DNA of 64,000 nucleotides. Origin: Nageia nagi. Its lineage: Eukaryota > Plantae > Pinophyta. This document shows, piece by piece, positions 1 through 12,043 of the stretch. The DNA lies in NCBI GenBank assembly GCA_050084985.1, contig JBITNC010000001.1:167338001-167402000 (forward strand), written 5' to 3'. The notes under the pieces were generated by a model. The model saw only the letters and a list, made by a program, of their open reading frames with translations. It was not told where the DNA came from and made no database searches. Position 1 is the stretch's first letter; each line of letters starts with the position of its first letter. The translations under genes were made by a program, and so were the position numbers.

Positions 1-229
1 GATATTCTACTTGATGGTGATCGCATATCTTATGTGCTCTATGATCCTGATATCACCACGAACTTGCTTTATGTGTATCTCTGGTACTAAGTATACTATT
101 TTATTTACAGCTCAAGGATTTGAGATTCATAATTTGTTGGAGCCACAATCATTGATTGCTTGGGTTATTATTGATCATTATTTGATACATTATTAGTTTG
201 AGGGGTTTGATGATACTACTTTAGGTACT

Positions 230-2870
230 AGGTCAATTGCTCATGCATATTCTATGAGAAGACTTTGGCATGAGAGATTTAGGCATCTCAACTACATGTA
301 TTTGGAACAACTAAACACTCATTATATGGTCACTGATTTGCCTAGGGTTTTTTATCTTGATGTATTTTTTCTTGGTTGTGCCCTCAAAAAACAACACCAA
401 GATCCATTTCCCAAAGGGAAAGCACATCATGCATCTTCATCATTAAAGCTTGTACACAATGATTTGATGGTATTTTCTCATCTATCTTTCATAGGAGCTT
501 GGTATGTACTTGCTTTCATTAATGATTTCTCAAGATGTACTTGGGTGTACTTTCTCAAGTACAAGAGTGATGTATTTTCTCACTTCAAAGTCTTTAAGGC
601 TTTGGTTAAGAATCAAGATTCTAGTTGCATCAAAAAGCTTCACACAGATAATGGGGGAAGTACTTTAATAAAGAAATTTCAGATTTTCTTGAGGCAAATG
701 GCATTATCCATCAACATTCAATCCCACATACACCACAACAGAATGGTGTAATAAAAAGGAAAAATAGAACTTTGAAGGAGATGGCTAACTACATGAGGCA
801 CTCTTGGGATTTACCTCCTTTCTTTTAGGTAAAAGCAATTAATTATGCAAACTATATCCATAATTGAACACCACATTAAGCACTTTTATATATGACTCTT
901 AAATAGGATTGGACTAGAAACAAGTTAGATGTTTCTTTTCTTAGGGTCTTTTATAGTCATGCTTAGGCTTATATTTTGAAGAAACAACATAGGGCTTTAA
1001 ATAAGAAGTAATCCATTGATATTTGTTGGTTATAGTGAAGACATGAAGGCTTATTGATTACTTGATCTTGACATATATGATATTTTATTTTGCACACATG
1101 TTTAGTTCGATGAACATCTTTTTGATCCTTCTTCTCCTTCCCCTCCTTCTTTGGTTTCTCTTGATTATTCACTTGACACCACTCTTGATGTCTTAAATAT
1201 TGAGGATACTCCTGTTGATCCTCCTAATTTTGTTTCTCCTTCTACTCCTACTGTTACCTTACCTAGGAGGGCTCAGATTACAATTAAGGAGGAAACACCT
1301 TTAATTCAAGATATTCCTTCTTCTTATTGTCATTCTACCGGTACTAGACTTGTTGGTCACATAGTTTTAGGTGATCCATAAAAATTTTTAGAGGCTCATG
1401 GGATACCAAAATGGTATGATGCTATGGAAAGAGAGTATTCTTCTTTGATGAAGAATCAACATTGGGATCTTGTTTCTCTTCCTAAGGAGAGGAAGTTGGT
1501 TAATTGTAAATGGATTTTATGAACCAAGTATGCAACAAATGGCTCTATTGAAAAGAATAAAGATCATCTTATTACTAAGAGGTCTTCATACATTGAAGGT
1601 ATTGGTTACTCCAAGACCTTTTCTCTTGTAGCTAAGATGGATTTTGTTTGCCTTATACTAGCTCTTGCTACATCATAGATATGGTCTATTTTTCATATAG
1701 ATTTGAAGAGTGCTTTCTTACACAAAGATTTATATGGTGCATCCTGATGGAATTATCTAGAATTATTCACTTGTTTGTTACATTAGTAAGTCTCTCTATG
1801 GCCTCAAACAAGCACCCAAATCATGGTATGAAAAGATAAATTATTTTCTACTCTATTGATTTTTTGCAGTATCAATATGACCCTACATTTTATATTCGGT
1901 GTGAGAGAGAAGACATCATAATTATTATTTTATATGTTGATGATATACTTCTCATTGGTAGCTCATTTTCCCACATCTAGTCTATTTAATAGTCTCTTTG
2001 TGACTGCTTTGAGATGGAATATATTGGACTTGCTTATTACTTTCTTGGATTTTAGGTCACTCAAACAAATTCAAAAATTTCATTACATCAATAGAAGTAT
2101 GCATTGGATATTTTTCAATAATTTTAGATGGTTAATTGCAAACCATCTTAGACTCCTTTTCAAATTGGAGTTACATTGACTTCTTCTTGCACTTCACCTT
2201 TGTGTGATGCTACTTTGTATCAACAATTGGTCAGAATTATTTTGTACCTTACCTATACTTGTCCTAATATTTCTTATGTAGTTGAGCTTGTTTCTCAAAT
2301 TTCACAATCCCCACATGATACTCATTGAAAGACAACCAAGAGAATACTTTGATATGTGATGAGTACTATACACTTTGGTTTGCATTATACCAAAGGTGAT
2401 CTAGTGTTGGTTGGCTACACTGATTCGAATTTGGTTGGTTCTTTTGATCACCATCATTCCACCTTTGGCTATGTGTTTTTCCTTAGTACTTATCCCATTG
2501 CTTGGTCTTGCAAGAAGCATCAAGCTATTTCATTATCATCTGCTAATGTAGAATACAATGCAGCAATCTTTGTAAGTGAGGAGACTCTTTGTCTTAGAAA
2601 GTTATTGGCAAATTTTTATTTCCCACATGATCATGCTATAGTTCTTTGGTGTGATAACCAAAGCACCATGCACATTTCTCATAATCCTATTGAGCATAAA
2701 TATACCAAGTAAATTGAGATTCATATGCATTTCATTCATCAATATATTTAGGATGGCATTCTTGGCTTGGAGTATCTTCCTACTTAGTAGCAGATTGCAA
2801 ACATCTTCATAAAGTCTTTTCCATTACCTCATTTCCTTGAGTTGTGTGGCTTTCTTGAGGTGAAAAAAGT
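230..2870 (+). pseudogene. Degenerate Ty1/copia pol (GAG-pre-integrase, integrase, RT, RNase H)
   Basis: ORF 254-751 has LWHERFRHLN, FINDFSRCTWVYFLKYKSDVF and LHTDNGG (copia integrase). RT remnants lie at 1380-2350 (CKWI, YVDD at ~1932). ORF 2356-2712 has GYTDSNLVG, PIAWSCKKHQAISLSSANVEY and WCDNQS (copia RNase H). Many stops and frameshifts. Confidence 0.93.
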
Positions 2871-3100
2871 TGTCCTTATGGGTTGTTGATGAGGACATAT
2901 TCCTCTCTAATTTCCCTCCTTTATTAGCATATATTTTTTCCAATGTGATTTATCATCATCTTTAGTAGAGTTGTTTTATCTTTTTGGATAGCTATTGTAC
3001 ATGAGTACCTTGTCAGGCCTTATTTTTAGGAATCATATTTATGGAACTTGCCACTTTTATATTTTTGGTTAGTTTTCCACACTCCTTCCTAGTGTCACTT

Positions 3101-3465
3101 AAGAGGGGGTATTAGCATATAGCTATATTAAGATTACTAGGTTTTTTAGTGTTCTCTTCTTCTTGTTAGAATTCCTAGGTTGACAATACATCATATGAGG
3201 TATTTAATTTTGTGTACATTATTATCATCCATATCCTAATTAGTTACTCATCTAGGGTTGAGATTATTTCCTTCATCCAATTGATCGTATGTTTATAATT
3301 ACTTTATACTACTTATTTAAGCAAGGCTCCTTCATTGTTATGACAATTAATCAATTCATTAGCTATTCCATTTTTTTGTAGTCTGCCTGATTTTCTTCAT
3401 CATCTTGCAATCTTGGATGGAATGATATTTTGCTTTTTCTTCTTATTCCCTTTAGGAATTTTCAA
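3101..3465 (+). repeat. Polypurine tract and probable 3' LTR of the decayed copia element
   Basis: AAGAGGGGG at 3101-3109 is followed by TATTAG (decayed TGTTAG), ~240 bp after the pol end. The sequence switches abruptly to gypsy integrase at ~3466. The partner LTR is outside the window. Confidence 0.5.
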
Positions 3466-3469
3466 ATAA

Positions 3470-5150
3470 ATAGGAACTAATGCCTCATATCCTTAGAAAG
3501 GTGATGAAGGAGTTTCTCTTATTTCTATCCTTATTTTGGTTTTATAGGCCCATAGTGCACATGATAGTTGATCATGCCAATCTCTTCCATGCTTATCAAT
3601 AATTTTAAATAAGATATTATTGATTGTATTAATTGTTCCTTCAACCTATCCATTAACTTATGAATAATAAACTAATGAGAATGTTTATTCTAAATGGAAC
3701 TTCTTACAAAACTCTCTCGTCTATTTTCTAGAAAAATTCAAACCATTATCCATGACAAGTTGGTATGGAATGGAAAATATGGTTATTATGTTTTTTTTTC
3801 AAACACTTGATAATCTTCTTTTTCTTTATGGACTTCATTAGGATGGATTCTACCTATGTTATTGTATACTTACTTATTGTTCAAATAAATTTATGACCTT
3901 CTTTTGAATTTGGGTTCATAAGACTAATGATATCAATGCCCCAAATGTAGAAAGGCCATGGTGCTAGCATTACATTAAGCTCTTTTGATGGTGTATTTTG
4001 CAAATTAGATTATTTTTGACATTATGAATTAGATATGATTAGAAAATAATCTAAGTAATACCCCTTGGAATGATCTTCTATACAATATTTTTCCAAGAAT
4101 GACATATCTGACTATTGATTTCTATAGCTTGATTTTTGTATTTCTATTGAAGCTTTGAGGGAATGTTCCATTCTTCAAATAATTAAAGATATCTGTATAT
4201 TGCATTGAACCATCATATGTTTCACTTTATACATTAAAACTAATATTAAACTCATCATATTGAGAATAATTAGTATGATAGGGCTTGCTTATGTTCTTAA
4301 TGGTTTAGATTATTTCCTTGTTTTTTTCTTTTATGGGTCCAAGTGAGGATATACTTGTCATAACATATGCATATATGTTGATATTTTTTAGAATATTTTC
4401 TATGTGATATTTATGCAAATGATCAAGAAGCACCATGACTAAATTCTTGTATGGTATCATGTTTCCATACTTTGTATTGTATATGTCATTAACTTGATTA
4501 ATAACTTGTTGTGAATTTCCATATATCTAGAATTTTTTTATTTTATTTTCAAAATCATGATTTCTTTAATACCCAAAATGATAACCTTATATACTTCTAT
4601 TTTATTAGTTTTTAGTTCAAAAACAAGCCTATATGCCATGGGGATAATATCATTATTAGGAGAAATAAGAATGATACACACCATCACTCCACGATTACAT
4701 TTAGACCAAACAAATTAGAGGCTTCACTCTTCTTCTTCTTAGTATTATATGAGATATAGATATTCATTTGTAAATTATTTAGTAATAGTGTCATTATCTT
4801 CTTATGGTGAATCAACCATAAAATATTTCATAATCTATACTTTAATTACCTTTTTCTTTACAAAAATTTGATCAAATTCTTGGAATAACATTACCCATTT
4901 TGCTACTATCCCATAAAGATATGGTTTGGATAGCAAATAACAAAGTGGATCAGCTTGAGAAATGACATATGTTATATTGTTCAACATACAATGCCTCATC
5001 TTTTTGTAGTGAACAAAGAAGAATTACAAATATTTTCAATGGGTTTGTATTTTACTTCATACTCAAGCAATGATTTGTTGATGTAATATATTACTCTTTC
5101 TTTCACTAGAACATAACAATATATATTTTTTGCACCTAATGAAATAGTTT
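3470..5150 (-). pseudogene. Degenerate Ty3/gypsy Tat-type pol fragment (RNase H, additional archaeal-type RNase H, integrase)
   Basis: Manual minus-strand reading gives VIYYINKSLLEYEVKY..DPLCYLLSKP..AKWVMLFQEFD (RH), LVFELKTNKIEVYK..SQQVINQVNDIY (aRH-like TNN.AEYEA/GDSQLVINQV) and ALWAYKTKIR..ETPSS..GYEALVP (integrase). The RH-aRH-INT order is typical of Tat/Ogre-group elements. Confidence 0.8.
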
Positions 5151-5609
5151 ATAATTATTATTTATTACTTTATATTTTTAAGACATTATTACATGGGCTA
5201 AATATACTTCTTTTCCACTTCACTAATTGTTTGCATATGTTGTTAAACAATCACAATGTATTTTTGTTGTAATTAAAAACAACAAAACACATAACATAAT
5301 TTGCAAGTATACAATCTCATATTTCTTTTAAATCAATTCATGATTTATTTAAAAATACAATCAACATGAAATTAATTCTAGTAATAGAAAATAATGAAGA
5401 TAATATTTACACACATAGTATTCTTTGCATTATAATGTTTAAATACAATATGTAGTCAAAACATAACAATAAGTTCTATTACCATTATTGTTCAAATACC
5501 ATCATAGTTTTGCAAGTCTCTATCTCAAAATAAAGATCATATATTATACATAATATCAACTATATAGAATAATATAGAACTCTCCAAAATAAAGTTCAAT
5601 ATTTTGAAG

Positions 5610-5610
<1 letters not shown>

Positions 5611-5652
<42 letters not shown>
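5611..5652. repeat. (TA)21 microsatellite
   Basis: Perfect TA run. Confidence 0.99.
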
Positions 5653-5655
<3 letters not shown>

Positions 5656-6259
5656 TTGTAGTAGTTATACACCATTCCTCCTAGTAACATTCAAACTCAA
5701 CAAAGTTCCTTTAGGTTACTTTAGGAAAATAGCCAATACATTAAACAACATTTTCAACCTATTAATAACACTAATTAATATAAAATAGTAGACATCAATA
5801 TTATCACATCTCTTTCAGATTGTTAATGTTTCACTTTCATTCTTAAATTCTACATATGAACCAACTACAAAATTTATCAGATAAGTAACTCAAATCATTT
5901 TTTTTATTAATGGTAAATTGAATTAATAAAAAAAGAGATTATCAAGCTCCCTACACCTTTACATCATATATCATCTTAAAATAAAAAATATTTTCTGTCA
6001 TTTCATATCCTAAATTACAAAGAGTGCAACACCACAAAATGGCCCAACATATCAAAGTGAAGCATACATTCACCTCTAATATATCACATATTTTCAGTAT
6101 GCCTAACCTCTGCATTTTAGATATAGCTTACCAACACACACTTGCTAACCCTTGATATAAACAATATAAAAAAAACCATCTATGGACTTGCCTATTCAAG
6201 ATGCTACCTTATATCCATTTAAGCATGAAAAGCTAAGCATATACTTAGGAAACATTATG

Positions 6260-7600
6260 CCCAAAAGATTGATACCTCAAAGCACACTATTAGCAATTTA
6301 GATGAGGATCATATCCTCATTCACTTTGAACTTGAAGGCTAGATTTGTAAATTTTTCCTTGTAGAACTCAATGTATGACTTACCCTCCATGAGGAATATG
6401 AGGGGTGCTTTTGGATGAATGGTCTCATATTGTTCAATTTACTCTCCCTATTTGGTGATTGCTTCAAACAACATCTTATTGTGCAAAGCTTTGGACTTAG
6501 GCATCAAAATTGGGATTACCTTGGCCCCTCTCTTTCTTGGAGTGGGAATGCTTACAAATTTAACTAGTTCTTTCACCTCCATTCTTTTAGTCTTGGTACT
6601 TTTCTACACCTTCTTGGGTGCTACTTCAATTAGAGCTTACATTTCTTGATTGGAGATTTTGGGTAGGCTCAAGTTACAAGAGTCATCATTCTCTTCTTAT
6701 ATCTCCTCTAGCACTATCTTTTTCTTATTTCCCTTCTTCTCTTCCATAATAGATAAACCCCTTGATACCTATTTCTCCTAGCCATTCCCTCCACATCATC
6801 TTCCATTATCTCAATTTTCTATTCAAGAACTCATGTTCTTCTCTTATCAACACCCCATCTCTCTTGAATCTCCAGCAAAATCCATGGATTTCCCCTCATA
6901 CTCATTTTCCACCTCATCACTCACTTGTATAAGGTCAAGTCACGTGCTACACTCAACTCCATCTCATTAAATCACTAAACAACCATCAAGACTTTTGATC
7001 CCTCCCTCATCAAAATTTGGATTTAAATTCATATGATATCCAACTTATTAAAGATATAACTTTCATTTTTAATTCTCATTGCATTGGTCCCTATATTTTC
7101 CTTAGCCCTCAAATAAATTAATCTCAAGACCATCTTTGGTTCACTTTCCTTTTGCTCAAAGATCCTTCTATTGTGCTTCTTCCATATTTTTCATTGGTAG
7201 TGAGACTATATCACATTCCTAATTTCTTTTTCTCCTTTGATGCTTATCATCTCTATCCAATTTGTGATCATATCTCTTATTGTGTGACATTATTTCCATC
7301 CATACCCCATCTCCTACATCATGTAACTCAAATCAAATTTAAACTATTAATCCTTTAATAGTTTTTTAATTTATTTGTATAGATTAGATGTATCTACATG
7401 ATCCATAGGGATTAATTAAATGAAACCCACCCAACCATAAGACCCAAGTACACCCTTGAGATTCCAGAGAGTACATGCCCTTTTGAGAAGGCCCTTTCAT
7501 TTGAAATGGAATTCATGCCTAAGATGTAGTCATATAATACATGCAAACCATGCAACTACATGACGATCATCACCCTTAACTTAGATAATATGAGGTCAAT
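6260..7600 (-). pseudogene. Possible highly decayed gypsy gag region, perhaps the same element as 3470-5150
   Basis: Purine-rich, K/E-coding bias on the minus strand, positioned upstream of the Tat-like pol on the same strand. Only faint motifs. Confidence 0.3.
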
Positions 7601-7811
7601 AAGATTCTTCCTTAGATAGAACTAAAAATATCTATCATTTCATATGGGAAGCATCTTTGATTATCTTACTACAAGATCAAGGATGGATCTTAGCTCAATC
7701 ACCCAATGAGATCATGTGAATGTAGGATGCAAATGATTCTCAATGAGAGTCTTAATGTGATGCAATTTAATCTTTTAATTATGAAGGTAATCAAAACAAA
7801 AGTATGAATAA

Positions 7812-9843
7812 TGTTATAGATATTGTTAGATATATGTGTTATGTAGTGTATGTGGGGTTTTAGTGGTTGTGTTTATTATAACAACTTAGTTAAGTGGTTA
7901 TTTTATTTTTATGATGTATATCCTTATTTATATGTTGTAATAAAAATGACTATTAGTATGTGCCTTATTATTTTCAATATGGTATCAAAGCATGTTTATT
8001 GATTCTAATTAGGATAAAGGAAAATTTATGGGTTGGTGAGGTTGACCTCCCACCTTGATTATGTAGAAGATAATCAGTTAAAAATTATTTGTATATAGTG
8101 TATATGGGAGAGCTATAATTTTTATATGTAGTATTAGGTATTTTTAGTTTATTTATGTGGAATATACTTAGTTGTATTATATTGTGTGTGTTGTGTTGTG
8201 TTGAAGATTAGTAGATTATGCCTTTCTTGTTACCAAATTAGATTTTTGTATTTATCAAGATGGTTGTTTTCTTGATCATGGCTATGGGGTGTGTTGAAGA
8301 TCTATAGATTATGTGTTTCTTGTTACCAAATTAGATTTTTGTATTTATCAATAAGGTTGTTTTATTGCTCATGGTTTTGGGGTGCATCATTTTATTTGGT
8401 GATGGTAATTGATATGCTAGGAAACACATCTAACTGCATATCATTTGATACTAGATCTCTCTAGCAAGACATCTATTTCATGGGTGAGTAGGTGAAGTTC
8501 AACATCCTTTATATTGAGACATGTTCTATGGTAAAAGGAGACATGATTTTGTGTCCTAAGGACTTGTTGCTAAAGACATATACTAGATTAGTGCAACCAA
8601 TCAGAATTTGTAACATAGACATGCATTGAAGGAACCCATACCTACAAGGTGTGGAAGATGTATTGTAATGTGCATATTGAAGGTGAAGAATATTTGCATG
8701 GTTGGGTTAATTTTTTTAAGGATTAGGAAAATTTAGCATTTCATATTTTAAATTTTAATTTTTTTTTTTTCAAAAACTTATCCTTCATTTGAAGGGAATT
8801 TTTTTTATAACCTTATCTGAAGGTCTTGAAGGACATTACAACATATAAATATGGAGCCTGGTTGTTACCTTCTTGATCCAATCTTGTATATGTATCTCTA
8901 GCATGTATTTTGTGATTATGTGTCCACCATTCAAGGACTCCCATATGCCATGTTCACTATCCTTCATGGGATTTCCATTCATGAAGTGCAACTCACCTTA
9001 TTTTCATACCATATTGCATCTCTTTTTGTTCAAAATTGTTGAGCATCATCCAAGAATAGAATACTTGCAATAGAAGCATGGTGAAATTTCTAAATAACAA
9101 TAAAAGTGAAAGTAAGAAACAATGTGAATGAGGTATTGTTAGTGATAGAGGCACCTAATGCTCCAAAATAGAGTAGTAGCATAGTTGAAATTTGATTGTT
9201 GGAATACAATCTTTATGGTATTTTGATTTATATTTAGTCTATTGTTATTTTTTGAGTTGGGTATTATTTATTTGTGTTTGTTATCCCAAGAGTATTATGG
9301 TTGTATGAGTTTTTTATTCCCTCTTAGTGGTGAAGATATTATCATGAAAGTTAACATTGTTTCTTAAGTGAGGATTTTTGTAGGCTATCAAAATTTTGTA
9401 AGAGTTGGTTGGACATGTTGGTAGATGCCTAAACAGTGCCACATATGATGTGATGGTAGATGCTTAGATAATACCATACAAAGAATGGAAAAATGGTAAA
9501 TACCCCAATTATTACCACATGAAGAATGAATATGGAAAATGGTAGAAGATTATCGCATGAAGTTCAACAAGTGCATTACCATTGAAGATGGTTTAAAGAT
9601 TAGTGAGCCCATCATCATTGAGAAATAATAATATTTATGTAATGATAAAATATAAATATTTATCATTAAGGGGGTGTTATAAATATTATTAGATATATGT
9701 GTCATGTAGTGTATGTGGGGTTTTAGTGGTTGTGTTTATTATAACAACTAAGTCAAGTTGTCATGATATTTTTATAATGTATCTCCTTATTTATATATTG
9801 TAATACAAAGTGACTATTAGCATGTTCTTAATTATTTTCAATA
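7812..9843 (+). mobile_element. Non-autonomous short-LTR retroelement (TRIM-like, 2032 bp)
   Basis: Direct repeats 7812-7979 and 9675-9843 (TGTTAT...TTTTCAATA), PBS TGGTATCAAAGC at 7980, PPT AAGGGGG at 9668-9674, and 5-bp TSD AATAA at 7807-7811 and 9844-9848. No recognisable gag/pol inside; ~93-bp internal tandem duplication at ~8200-8385. Confidence 0.88.
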
Positions 9844-12043
9844 AATAATGTATCATCATAATTTATCATCATATTTTAAATTCACAATGCATACAAATTA
9901 TACAATCTAATTTTTTATTCAACTTAAATAAAGATCAAACAATATTCACTTAAGTTATAAACATAACATGATCTATTATCTAAGAAAAATTAAATTGTCA
10001 CATGAATTAATATTATATAGGAAACAAAATATTACAATCAAATGAAAACATAATGCTTTTGATATTTTTTCAAGCATATCATGGATAACTCTATTGACAT
10101 TAAGTCAAAAAAGTCACAACGAGGTGCAACATCATTAAACCACCTACATAAACTCTACAACAAACATCGATTACATTAAAAAAAATACAACCATTCAAAA
10201 CCCTAGCAATAATAAAAGTAATACACTAGAAACCCATAGTAACAATCAATGGTATTAGTTCAACATATAGCCCAACAATGGAATCATCATTTTATCAAGC
10301 AATTTGTAGGAGATACCAGTTATGAAAATAAAGAATCATTATCTTTATAGTTGATACCTAAACAAATATACATAATATTGGTAACTATGGGCTACTATTG
10401 AAATGAAGTTGCAACAATGGCCCTCCACATATTTACTTAGAAGGATTTGAACCAATCCATGGCAGGTAACAATACTCTAAATACAAAAACCATATTTTAT
10501 CCTCCCACACAATTGGTAACAAAAAATAGACCAAAATTGAAACAATACCCTCATACAAATTCCCATGGACATTCCACCATAGAATAGTTTAGGGTTTAGA
10601 GTTTCCTCATGATAATGCCTCAAAATATAGTTGAATTATGGATCAATTTCAAGGTAAATAAAGAAATAACTAAGTTCACTTAAAATCTAAGATAGCCATA
10701 AAAGATTAAACATAGTAACCTTACCATAAACCTTAATGGTTCTTTCATTTTGTTTTACAAATAAATAAGATTTTGAAGCCTATCATATTGAATTCAAACC
10801 TAAAGGTGAAGCCTCAATCCCAAGTATGGTTATTGGCCTCTTCTCCTTGTCTCAATGCATGATATCCTCCTCTAGCTAACCAATAGCATAGTTTAGCTAA
10901 ACCCTAAATGTTATCCATCAAACACTTAAGGAAATCACTACAACTCCTTTGAAGAGAAAATGATCATTTTATTGATTCTTCCATACCAATTCAATCAGAT
11001 GATCATAGATTTAGTTCAAATACTTATCCAATCTAAGGAATATACATGGCTTCCTTAATGAGTATGGAATTCATGATGCAACATGCAACTAGTATAGCTT
11101 ATGTAGGGCTTCACCCTACTTCCATGGTGGTATATGAACCCTCTATGACATTCCATTAATACAAAATGATGTACTAAACAAGATTAGGTTTCATTACCTT
11201 AACAACATTAAGGGTTTGAAAACATAAGTAATGGCTTTAATAACTTAGTACTTAAGCACCTCATTGACTACCAAGAGACCTTAGGGTTTCACCTACCTCT
11301 CATTTCCTTAGTATAAAATGATAATCCTTTTCCCTCTCCATGTTTAGGATTAGATTTAGTTTTCTTATATTTTAAGGTGTTTAATTTAGGAATTAGTATA
11401 AATTTTAATAAATATAATTTATTAAAAATCAATTCTTTTCTAACCTTTATTGTTTAAACTTTGTAGGTATCAAGCATAGGTATTTAAAGAGTCATGATAT
11501 CATATTATACCTTAATATTAAGTCCAAATTAGATCACTTATTGAAAAGGTTAATATATTGATGTCATTATCCTTACCTTGAACCTACAAGATTAAACTAT
11601 CAATAACATTTGAACCATATTTAATACTAAAAACTTAAGTATTCAATATTAAATTTCAAATCCATATCACATCTATAATGATACTCATTATTTATAAAAT
11701 CAAAACATAAATCATATATAAAATTGAATTATTCAAATTATAAAGGGTTGCAGGATTAAGTGGGTTGGGCCATGACCTAATCTATCTCCCATGAACTCCA
11801 AAATTGCATCATGTGATTGGAAGCTGTATTCAAATACTAACTTTTTATTACTATCAATCCACTCATCATGATGAAAATCATTAAACAACTCAATCATATT
11901 TTCAAGTTCAAATATTTACGAAGAAATAGGTACATCTTCTTCATCTTGTTGTTTATTACCATTTCCAAGTCCTACTTTACTTATCAAATTTTTGGTATTT
12001 TAGGAAATGATGTCTTACCTTCCTTGTACTAGGTAAGACCTCC

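Noticed and set aside
9850-11780. Possible long LTR/5' UTR of the minus-strand Tat-like element (ends GGGCCATGAC)
   Set aside because: Plausible, but there is no partner LTR, PBS or TSD in the window to support boundaries.
12012-12039. 9-bp hairpin GTCTTACCT-N10-AGGTAAGAC beside the LINE tail, and a weak TSD-like match to ~15991
   Set aside because: Short enough to be chance in 64 kb, and the TSD match is imperfect.
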